Shown piece by piece: positions 19,012 to 25,717 of a stretch of DNA of 56,874 nucleotides. A model generated the notes under the pieces. It did no database searches and was not told the DNA's origin. It saw only the letters and a program-made list of their open reading frames with translations. The position numbers and the translations under genes are program-made. The stretch is from a virus (taxonomy: Duplodnaviria; Caudoviricetes): IMG/VR virus record IMGVR_UViG_3300020472_000030, positions 1 through 56,874 of that record; one strand, 5' to 3'. The stretch's first letter is position 1. Each line of letters opens with the position of its first letter.

Positions 19012-19200
19012 CTAGATAAGTTCTGCCGCCATTTCGGACTTTCTAGTTTGTATCGCTTTCTTACGTTCGATCATCCAAAGAAAGATATGTGTTGGCATTT
19101 CCATTGTATTTCTACACAGTGTCATTGCCTCTTCCCACTTTAGACCATCTGCACACATTCCACCTACAATACAGAACCATTCAAATTGCTCGTCAGTCAT
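19012..19200 (-). CDS. hypothetical protein
   Basis: AGGAG RBS before ATG 19200 (MTDEQFEWF). Confidence 0.65.
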   Translation of the reverse strand: MTDEQFEWFCIVGGMCADGLKWEEAMTLCRNTMEMPTHIFLWMIERKKAIQTRKSEMAAELI

Positions 19201-19330
19201 ACGCTCTCCTGTGTTTGCGATAACCACGCTTCGACCTTTTCTTTCGGTCTGTCTCTTTTCTACTGCGAAAAGGGCTATCCGAATCAAAAAGGATAAAATG
19301 CGATCTTGTTTTGTTTCTCTTAATTTTCAT
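19193..19330 (-). CDS. 45-aa basic peptide, ArfA-like
   Basis: MKIKRNKTRSHFILFDSDSPFRSRKETDRKKRSKRGYRKHRRAYD; ATG 7 nt after -10 box; not in ORF track. Confidence 0.6.
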   Translation of the reverse strand: MKIKRNKTRSHFILFDSDSPFRSRKETDRKKRSKRGYRKHRRAYD

Positions 19331-19337
19331 ACTGCGT

Positions 19338-19378
19338 ATTATGTCACGATTTAGCTTACAAGTCAAGGATTATTTTTT
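19338..19378 (-). promoter_or_regulatory. promoter, extended -10 class
   Basis: TTGACT-N17 with TGA-CATAAT and upstream A-tract. Confidence 0.7.
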
Positions 19379-19452
19379 TCTTGTCCCTAGAAAAATGAAA
19401 AATATTTTTGTCAGGAGCAGCGCGCCCAGATACTTTCTTCAACTACATGCTC

Positions 19453-19492
19453 AAAAATAATACTTGTGTTATGCCAAAAAGTGTGATAAAAT
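19453..19492 (+). promoter_or_regulatory. promoter for candidate ncRNA
   Basis: AAAAATAATAC-TTGTGT-N17 with TGA-TAAAAT. Confidence 0.55.
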
Positions 19493-19498
19493 AATACT

Positions 19499-19740
19499 CA
19501 AATCGTAAGATGATCTAGTCAATCGACAACTTCTTATAACCTATGCTGGCGAAAAGAGTTTGAATATTTATGCAATTGGAGTGGAAGCGGAATTAAGGGA
19601 GCTTCCGTCTCCAAATCCATAATATTATGAAAAGTGCTCTTGAGTCAGCATAATCCCAAATCCTACCGATTCAATTTTAAGGAATCTCGACAACTATTAT
19701 GACCGCGTAAATTCGATACGGTCATAATACCCCGCCTTTT
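19499..19740 (+). ncRNA. candidate structured ncRNA (long rod with central bubble plus 3' hairpin)
   Basis: Nested inverted repeats 19503-19690, no substantial ORF, upstream promoter, 11-bp hairpin 19695-19729. Confidence 0.6.
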
Positions 19741-19829
19741 ATTCCTCCTATTTATCTAAAAATTCGTCTTAATTTTGTCCAATTCGCCACAATTCAAAAT
19801 TTTTTTACCCGTATTCCTTTTCCACAATT

Positions 19830-19931
19830 TTAAAAGATTGTACTTAAGGCCGTTAGCAGGATAAATATAGGTATGGTTATTATAGCGATCAGGGTTAACA
19901 TCTGTAGAAACTGTTCAATAAATTCATCCAC
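19830..19931 (-). CDS. 33-aa membrane peptide
   Basis: MDEFIEQFLQMLTLIAIITIPIFILLTALSTIF. Confidence 0.4.
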   Translation of the reverse strand: MDEFIEQFLQMLTLIAIITIPIFILLTALSTIF

Positions 19932-19946
19932 CCGTTGAGACCCCGC

Positions 19947-20030
19947 TTAAAGGTTTGTAAATGCGTGTAAGAATATAGCACCCGCAAAGATTACCAACCC
20001 CGCTACGACTATTAATTGCTCATCCCACAT
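19947..20030 (-). CDS. 27-aa membrane peptide
   Basis: GGAGG RBS; MWDEQLIVVAGLVIFAGAIFLHAFTNL. Confidence 0.55.
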   Translation of the reverse strand: MWDEQLIVVAGLVIFAGAIFLHAFTNL

Positions 20031-20319
20031 ATTCCCCTCCGTCAAATTCCTCTCCAGAATTTCGATTTTTAACTGTATTGTACCCATTTTCTTCATAAAA
20101 GTACCGTCCGTATTTAGCAATAGTCTGCCACTTTTTCTTTAGAACTGCGTCTCGGTTTACAATACCATGTTCAGTCATTAAGTGTATAAAAGCCATTACG
20201 TCCCCGCACTCTTCTTCTAACCTGCCTATCCATTCTTCGTCTTTGTGCCTTAAAACCTTCGCACAGGCTTGCGTTAGCTCACCACATTCTTCCATGAGCT
20301 TAATATAGACATTATTCAA
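20020..20319 (-). CDS. MazG-like nucleotide pyrophosphohydrolase domain protein
   Basis: LMEECGELTQA..K, LEEECGDV. Confidence 0.75.
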   Translation of the reverse strand: MNNVYIKLMEECGELTQACAKVLRHKDEEWIGRLEEECGDVMAFIHLMTEHGIVNRDAVLKKKWQTIAKYGRYFYEENGYNTVKNRNSGEEFDGGEYVG

Positions 20320-20630
20320 TTTAATTCCTTAAGAGATTCCTCTAGTTTTTTGAGCGTTGCTTTTGGAGCTTTTTCCAAGCCCGCCAGAGACTCCACTTCG
20401 ATTCCAAGAGAATCAGCGATATTTGAAACGATTTCCACTTTTGTGACAGGTAATTCCCCAGTCTTAGTTTTATAGATTTCACGTCGATATACTCCCTCCC
20501 TTGAAAGTTTTCCTATTATTGATTTTATACTCTTGTTGAGTTCACTAGCCAAAGATTCAACAGTTGCCCTATTAGGGTTGCTTCTATACTCCTTAACTAT
20601 GTGTTGAGTCTGTTCCTCACTGTAGTTCAT
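20316..20630 (-). CDS. T5 A2-like DNA-binding protein (paralog 1)
   Basis: NYS...SIIGKLSREGVY...LAGLEKAPKATL. Confidence 0.7.
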   Translation of the reverse strand: MNYSEEQTQHIVKEYRSNPNRATVESLASELNKSIKSIIGKLSREGVYRREIYKTKTGELPVTKVEIVSNIADSLGIEVESLAGLEKAPKATLKKLEESLKELN

Positions 20631-21024
20631 CCATTTGACCTTTTATAAATTTAGTTACGGTTTCCATAAATTGTTGAATTTCTTTCATCTGATCCCCCTC
20701 TCGATTTTTTACTTTTTCTGGTTCAGGAGCAGCAAGCTCAAGCGTAATTTCTTCTACATCGCCTTCGCACTTAGCAATAACTTGTGTACAATACTCTAGT
20801 ACTCCAGCAGGAATATTTTCAGCACCAATGGCAGCTGCATACTCCATTACTAAAGAATCGTAGCGGGTTTGTAGATGTCCACACTCTTGCTCTATTTCCC
20901 GAGAAGTAACAAAGAGTTGAGTTAATGTCTCAAATCTATCCGTTATTTCCTCTTGTAAATTAGTTATTTCGTTTGCAATATGATCTACTTTCCGATCAAT
21001 CGGAAACTTTATTACATTGCTCAT
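20617..21024 (-). CDS. coiled-coil hypothetical protein
   Basis: AGGAG RBS; MSNVIKFP start. Confidence 0.7.
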   Translation of the reverse strand: MSNVIKFPIDRKVDHIANEITNLQEEITDRFETLTQLFVTSREIEQECGHLQTRYDSLVMEYAAAIGAENIPAGVLEYCTQVIAKCEGDVEEITLELAAPEPEKVKNREGDQMKEIQQFMETVTKFIKGQMDELQ

Positions 21025-21178
21025 GTACTTCTCCTGTTATATCTTTAACCGTTAGCGGTCTAAATTCCCTGTTTGGCTTCTTCGTAAGTAGTGGACAGGG
21101 AATAAACTCCGACTTTTTTCTGTTAAAAATCGGATCGGGCACAAAAGGTGCTTTCTTTTTAAACATAAAAATTCTCAC
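20996..21178 (-). CDS. hypothetical protein
   Basis: First sizeable ORF after promoter 21198-21226. Confidence 0.45.
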   Translation of the reverse strand: MRIFMFKKKAPFVPDPIFNRKKSEFIPCPLLTKKPNREFRPLTVKDITGEVHEQCNKVSD

Positions 21179-21197
21179 TTAAAATTTTCATCTGAGT

Positions 21198-21236
21198 ATT
21201 ATCGCACGAATAAGCATCCATGTCAAGAATTATTTT
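21198..21236 (-). promoter_or_regulatory. promoter, extended -10 class
   Basis: AAAATAATTC-TTGACA-N17 with TGC-GATAAT. Confidence 0.75.
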
Positions 21237-21240
21237 AACT

Positions 21241-21307
21241 CACCCATAAAAAAACCGCCATTCGATTGCTCAAATGGCGGTTCCAGCTTTCTGCTTTTTT
21301 ATGGGTG
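21241..21307 (-). terminator. nested terminator hairpin
   Basis: AACCGCCATT/AATGGCGGTT stem with T-run, enclosed by CACCCATAAAAAA/TTTTTTATGGGTG. Confidence 0.8.
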
Positions 21308-21504
21308 TGCCTACATTATGTCGCGGCAGAAGGATCAAACAGAAGTCTAAAACCCAAAACCTTCTAGCTGTCCGAGTTAGCCAACTCCCTAATCGCCTTC
21401 AAATCCGTCCGATTAGGTGACGCCGGTGGGTGTAACCACCTGTAGCAGTACGATGCTAGCTAGACGATTTTATTAGCGAGATCCGTCCAAACTCTCATTT
21501 TGTA
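21241..21504 (-). ncRNA. candidate multi-branch structured ncRNA with intrinsic terminator
   Basis: At least 8 hairpins between promoter 21511-21540 and terminator 21241-21307; only a 12-aa ORF. Confidence 0.65.
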
Positions 21505-21510
21505 GAACAT

Positions 21511-21550
21511 ATTATCTCACAAATTTAGCACTTATGTCAAGAATTATTTT
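21511..21550 (-). promoter_or_regulatory. promoter, extended -10 class
   Basis: AAAATAATTC-TTGACA-N18 with TGA-GATAAT. Confidence 0.7.
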
Positions 21551-21560
21551 CGCTCAGGTA

Positions 21561-21905
21561 CTATATGTTTTTATTCCACTTATCTACTATCCAGTAACTA
21601 ATTCCTTCTTTGCTATTGGGATTAGCTACTTCAACTCGGGAACGAAACCAGCATCCACAACAATCGTGAGTATGACCGCAAGGCTTTGTTTTTTCAAAGG
21701 ACAAAGCTAGATGTGCTACTATAACGTCACGAGTTATGTTCTTTTTATTGTTAGTAACGTGGAGTTTCCACATGCTGTACATTTCTTCGCCCAGCTCATC
21801 CTGCATGTCCATAAAACCTATAGACACCTGAGCATCTATTGATCTAGCTAGGCTTGCTACTGCCCACCCGTACTTTTCTTTAATCTGGTTGAATTCCCAA
21901 AGCAT
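21561..21905 (-). CDS. hypothetical protein with CGHxHDCCGC motif
   Basis: AAGGAG RBS; Cys/His cluster. Confidence 0.75.
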   Translation of the reverse strand: MLWEFNQIKEKYGWAVASLARSIDAQVSIGFMDMQDELGEEMYSMWKLHVTNNKKNITRDVIVAHLALSFEKTKPCGHTHDCCGCWFRSRVEVANPNSKEGISYWIVDKWNKNI

Positions 21906-22001
21906 ATTTTCTCTCCTTTCCTACCACGAAAGGGGACATGAAGTCCCCTGAGGTGGTGGGGGCTTTTGTCATCGACAGGGCGCCCCACAGACCTTTTGTG
22001 A

Positions 22002-22370
22002 TTAAGAAATAGCTGCTAAAAGCTTTTCCAAGTCACCGAAGCCAGCCTTGTTTAGGCTTGCGAACTCAACATTGAGTTGCGCTTCGATTTGTGCTACCAA
22101 ATCAGCTTTTCTCACCTGAGGTGGACGCTTGGTAGGCTTAGCTTGGGCAACGTATACACCCAGAGCAGAGAGCTTAGCGATAACACTTCGCTCAGTTTTG
22201 TCAAAGTCCAACGCGAGTTGATTAACAGTAACGCGAGTTGGGTTAGCTTCATAAGCTGAAACCATGCTGTCGATAACTTCCTGAGGGTAGTTATTGCTTT
22301 TGTTTGCTGTCATAGTCATATTAGGTCTCCCGATCCCAAAAAATTTATTTAATGTTGCTCTCAATTTCAT
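22002..22370 (-). CDS. T5 A2-like DNA-binding protein (paralog 2)
   Basis: NYP...SVIAKLSALGVY...FASLNKA; alternative RBS-led start at 22319. Confidence 0.7.
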   Translation of the reverse strand: MKLRATLNKFFGIGRPNMTMTANKSNNYPQEVIDSMVSAYEANPTRVTVNQLALDFDKTERSVIAKLSALGVYVAQAKPTKRPPQVRKADLVAQIEAQLNVEFASLNKAGFGDLEKLLAAIS

Positions 22371-22376
22371 AATACT

Positions 22377-22415
22377 ATTATCTCATCAAAAAGCGGTCAT
22401 GTCAAGATATTTTTT
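22377..22415 (-). promoter_or_regulatory. promoter, extended -10 class
   Basis: TTGACA-N17 with TGA-GATAAT. Confidence 0.7.
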
Positions 22416-22814
22416 CCATTTCCTCCACATTTTTTTCTCCGCTTTTCGTGCTTCCACTTCCCAAGGAGCGCTCCAATAGTCTCCTTGAAACGACTTGCCC
22501 TTGAACATAGCAGGTCTACCTAAATCCAGTCCATCAAACTCATACTGCTTAACGTGAGTCATTTCGTGGAATACGGTCATAAGCGTCAGCCTATCACTAT
22601 AGCGATCAGATATACGAATTACATACTCATCGTCTAGTTGAAACGCATCACCAAATGCACTTTTAAATCGAGTGAGTACAATGGTAAGCCTATCACTAGC
22701 GATTGTTAAATCCCATAATCCGTACTGATCTACTGCCCAACAGGCTGCTCGATTCACGAGATCGCGCCTATGTGACGGCCAATAGCCTTTTTTAAATTTG
22801 GTTTTTATTCGCAT
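22386..22814 (-). CDS. zinc metallopeptidase-like protein
   Basis: HEMTH (HExxH) and downstream PWEVEA. Confidence 0.8.
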   Translation of the reverse strand: MRIKTKFKKGYWPSHRRDLVNRAACWAVDQYGLWDLTIASDRLTIVLTRFKSAFGDAFQLDDEYVIRISDRYSDRLTLMTVFHEMTHVKQYEFDGLDLGRPAMFKGKSFQGDYWSAPWEVEARKAEKKMWRKWKKYLDMTAF

Positions 22815-22838
22815 GTTATTTCCTTAATTTCTGGATAT

Positions 22839-22867
22839 ATTATATAAGCAACAGCATCTGTTGTCAA
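22839..22867 (-). promoter_or_regulatory. sigma70-type promoter
   Basis: TTGACA-N17-TATAAT. Confidence 0.8.
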
Positions 22868-23022
22868 ATAAATTTGCGCCTAATCGTGAAAAAAACGCAA
22901 GGGAATTCCGGGGGGCCGCGCGCGGGGTCGTGAAGTCAAGTAATTTTCGCACATTTGCTGCAATTTTCATCAATTTTCGGCGGGGATGAGCAGACTTCCC
23001 GAATTATAAAGAATTTTGTGCG

Positions 23023-23236
23023 ACCCCGCAAAAATTTCTTGACATGCGTCGCTTTTGCACGTATACTGGCGCGGGGACGCTTCGGTTTTGCACTCTGGCG
23101 CAGGAAGACCTGGGAAAGTTAAAAAAATTTGGTCCACACCCGCAAAAAAGACTTGACATTCTTCGCTTTTGCACTTATTATGGCGCGAGCAACACCATTT
23201 AAATACTACTTCACTTTCGCACTGGCGCCCGCGCGC
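23023..23236 (+). repeat. imperfect direct repeat (period 114 bp), each unit with a promoter-like sequence and TTTYGCAC/TGGCGC motifs
   Basis: CCCGCAAAAA..CTTGACAT..TCGCTTTTGCAC.TAT..TGGCGCG near 23025 and 23139. Confidence 0.8.
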
Positions 23237-23314
23237 CAAAAATCTGGATTTTTCAAGATTTTTCGAGGGGCTGGAGGCCGCATTTTTAAAGGGCTGTAGA
23301 GCAGGGTCGCGGCA

Positions 23315-23330
23315 TGTTTCACGTGGAACA
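23315..23330. promoter_or_regulatory. parS: parS site (chromosomal ParB-binding palindrome)
   Basis: TGTTTCACGTGGAACA; reverse complement TGTTCCACGTGAAACA matches the consensus TGTTNCACGTGAAACA exactly. Confidence 0.75.
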
Positions 23331-23927
23331 AACCGCGCAGAGTAGCTGTAATAATCGCGTGATTCCTTTTTGCTTATCATTGTAGTTGACAGTATGCCAA
23401 TCCTCGCCTACCACGCGCTCTTTTAATAGTGTCATGCGGTCATAGTGAGAAAGCGCATTTTCGTCATTTTGCGAAAATTTCCAGTAAGTAAGCGGTGAAA
23501 TTTTTCGCGCTTGTATTCGCTTTTTTTGTTCCGCTTCAGAAATCGAGAGCCAGAATTTAATGAAAGTGACATCGTGTTGAACCTCATTTTCCCAGTATTC
23601 GTATCTGTCTAAAAAAGCGTTGTATTGGTTTTGAGAGCACCAGCCATTCATATGTTGAACCATCGCGCGGCTATACCATGATCGGTCATAAAAAACGATT
23701 TGACCTTGCGCGGGCATTTTTCCGTTCCACCATTGCCACCAATTAGCCATTGCGGTAACGGATGGCTTTGTTGATGGCACGATGCTATACCATGCCGGAT
23801 TTAAGTATTCGGTAACTGCCCGAATTGTTGAAGATTTTCCGGCGGTATCGCGTCCCTCTAAAACGACAGCGATTTTATTTTTGTTCGCTTCCGCGATTTG
23901 GTTTAATTGTGCTTGTAATTTTTTCAT
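23319..23927 (-). CDS. ppk2: polyphosphate kinase 2
   Basis: LEGRDTAGKS, FYDRSWY, IKFWLSISEAEQ..R, WKFSQND; ATGA-coupled start at 23927. Confidence 0.93.
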   Translation of the reverse strand: MKKLQAQLNQIAEANKNKIAVVLEGRDTAGKSSTIRAVTEYLNPAWYSIVPSTKPSVTAMANWWQWWNGKMPAQGQIVFYDRSWYSRAMVQHMNGWCSQNQYNAFLDRYEYWENEVQHDVTFIKFWLSISEAEQKKRIQARKISPLTYWKFSQNDENALSHYDRMTLLKERVVGEDWHTVNYNDKQKGITRLLQLLCAVCST

Positions 23928-24481
23928 AGTGCATAACCTCGTTCCTCTGGATTTTCTAGTGGTAGTGGACAACCGTGTATTCCGGTTTTTCGTTTCCAGT
24001 TTACAATTTCTAAGCCAAGCGCACGATTTGCTTTTCTGTGAGCATTTGCAAATTTTACCTTTGCCAATTTTACCGGCATATTGAAAAATTCGCTGTGACC
24101 TCCAACCGGATTTTTTGTCGTTTTCAAATCGCGGAATAATCCAGCAAGCCGATATTTTTTATTCGCTTTGTGGAAATATTGTTCGCTAGAAAGTGTCTCG
24201 TCAAATGTGCCAGTAGTCAGCGCAAGCAATTCAGCGCGAAGCGAACCTTCCGGCAAATTGTGACATTCTTCTATATTGCGTAATGTCTCAATTAAGCGAG
24301 ATTCAACGCCAGAAAAACCGCCAGCGCGACAGTATTTAGCAAAGCCGTTTTTTATAACGGTCATATTCCGAAACGCTGGAACGTGTTTGCCAAGTCCGTG
24401 TAATTTCCATAGATAGTTAAAACCGAAATCGTCAAATGGCGATCCATCTATTGAGTTTGGTGAGTGTGTAGATTTAAGCAT
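23924..24481 (-). CDS. hypothetical protein
   Basis: 185-aa coupled ORF. Confidence 0.75.
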   Translation of the reverse strand: MLKSTHSPNSIDGSPFDDFGFNYLWKLHGLGKHVPAFRNMTVIKNGFAKYCRAGGFSGVESRLIETLRNIEECHNLPEGSLRAELLALTTGTFDETLSSEQYFHKANKKYRLAGLFRDLKTTKNPVGGHSEFFNMPVKLAKVKFANAHRKANRALGLEIVNWKRKTGIHGCPLPLENPEERGYAL

Positions 24482-24950
24482 TTTTTTGTGCCTCGTTATA
24501 ATTAGTAGGATTATAGCATCGAATACCGAAACCAGTCAAGCATTGTCGAACGCTATTATTATCATCAAACATATAAGCATTTGAGCGAATCCATGCGAGC
24601 GATTTTCTCATATCAACGCGCAATTTTAAAATCATGCGTTTTTTAAGAATGTCATCCGGTGTAGTGTCACCAAATGCGCGGCTATAAATATAGTCATATT
24701 CTAGCGCGTTATCTTGCAAAAATTTTAAATCTGCTTTTCCGATAACTCTAGCGGTCATGATTGCGATTTGATCCCGTTCGCGGTTAATCGTTTTCCATGA
24801 ATCCGCCAAAGGTAGGAGCGAATCAAGCGCGATTTTTTCGGGCGTGTTATTCTTAATCCAATCCGCGAGATTAAGAGAGCCATCGGGCAGAGTATTCTGG
24901 CGATGGCTTGAGTCGATGGCAGTACCATCTAAGTCAAAAATAAAGAGCAT
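24474..24950 (-). CDS. HAD-family phosphatase
   Basis: FDLDGT, MTAR, conserved K, FDDN motifs I-IV. Confidence 0.88.
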   Translation of the reverse strand: MLFIFDLDGTAIDSSHRQNTLPDGSLNLADWIKNNTPEKIALDSLLPLADSWKTINRERDQIAIMTARVIGKADLKFLQDNALEYDYIYSRAFGDTTPDDILKKRMILKLRVDMRKSLAWIRSNAYMFDDNNSVRQCLTGFGIRCYNPTNYNEAQKNA

Positions 24951-25137
24951 ATAAGTATCCTATAATTCCAATCGTATTAAGTATCATTAAGTTATATAGC
25001 TTACAGGAGTGCGCTTGCAAAGTCAACAAAGCCAATCCAGATATAGCTAACAATTTTCCGATAGTTGAGTCAATTAGGAAGGGAGCGACTGCCATGCAGA
25101 CAGTCCCAACCCAAGCCGAGAAAGTAATGAGCATCAA
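24934..25137 (-). CDS. small multi-TM membrane protein
   Basis: Three hydrophobic segments; coupled start. Confidence 0.7.
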   Translation of the reverse strand: MMLITFSAWVGTVCMAVAPFLIDSTIGKLLAISGLALLTLQAHSCKLYNLMILNTIGIIGYLYALYF

Positions 25138-25424
25138 GCGATGCTCATTAGTAAGGCAGACAAGGAGCGAGTAGTCGCACCTTCCAAACCATCGAGATTT
25201 TCGCCCTGTAGAGCGTTCTCGATAGCTTCCACCAATTCTTTTTTGGTGGATTTTGCAGAAGCATTTTTTGCTTCTGGCTTCTGGTACAAGCCGAGAAGCA
25301 CAGCTTTTGAGATGACGGAACGAACCGACAAACCAAATTCTGAAGCGAGAGAATCCGCGACAGTGCGAGTGATGGGAGCCGAATCCATCATTTGAGCGAC
25401 CATTTTTTCAGTATAGTTAGACAT
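25134..25424 (-). CDS. T5 A2-like DNA-binding protein (paralog 3)
   Basis: AGGAG RBS; NYT...SVRSVISKAVLLGLY...LDGLEGAT. Confidence 0.7.
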   Translation of the reverse strand: MSNYTEKMVAQMMDSAPITRTVADSLASEFGLSVRSVISKAVLLGLYQKPEAKNASAKSTKKELVEAIENALQGENLDGLEGATTRSLSALLMSIA

Positions 25425-25437
25425 AAGAGTCTCCTAG

Positions 25438-25551
25438 TTAGTTTAAGATTAGCCAAACAATGCCACCGATGACGATGATGTCAGCGGTCACAGAGTAGAG
25501 CATGTAAGCCCGAATGAGCCAAGTAGTTAATGTTTTATTTTTCATTTTCAT
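25438..25551 (-). CDS. 37-aa membrane peptide
   Basis: ATG 7 nt after -10 box; C-terminal TM. Confidence 0.55.
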   Translation of the reverse strand: MKMKNKTLTTWLIRAYMLYSVTADIIVIGGIVWLILN

Positions 25552-25558
25552 AGTGCCT

Positions 25559-25587
25559 ATTTTACAGGGTTCTTTCCCAAATGTCAA
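25559..25587 (-). promoter_or_regulatory. pre-early-type promoter
   Basis: GG-TTGACA-N17-TAAAAT. Confidence 0.7.
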
Positions 25588-25688
25588 CCCTAAAAGCGAC
25601 ATTTTTTTGCCCATTTGCGACATTGGTATTATTACCAAAATCATGCGTTACCATATTATTTCCTTATTTATTTATTTAATATGCGCGT

Positions 25689-25717
25689 ATTGTAGCACAC
25701 CCAGCCGAGAAAGTCAA
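25689..25717 (-). promoter_or_regulatory. pre-early-type promoter
   Basis: GG-TTGACT-N17 with TGC-TACAAT. Confidence 0.7.

Noticed and set aside
19499-19740. Retron msr/msd or SRP RNA
   Set aside because: No reverse transcriptase in the window, and no SRP GGAA-tetraloop/AGCAG motif
21363-21464. Canonical tRNA gene
   Set aside because: Cloverleaf-like but lacks the T-loop TTC motif, standard arm sizes and CCA
23023-23236. CRISPR array
   Set aside because: Only two imperfect units, no regular spacers, no cas genes
22970-23380. 136-aa minus-strand ORF across the repeat block
   Set aside because: The translation merely mirrors the DNA repeats, overlaps ppk2 and has no RBS
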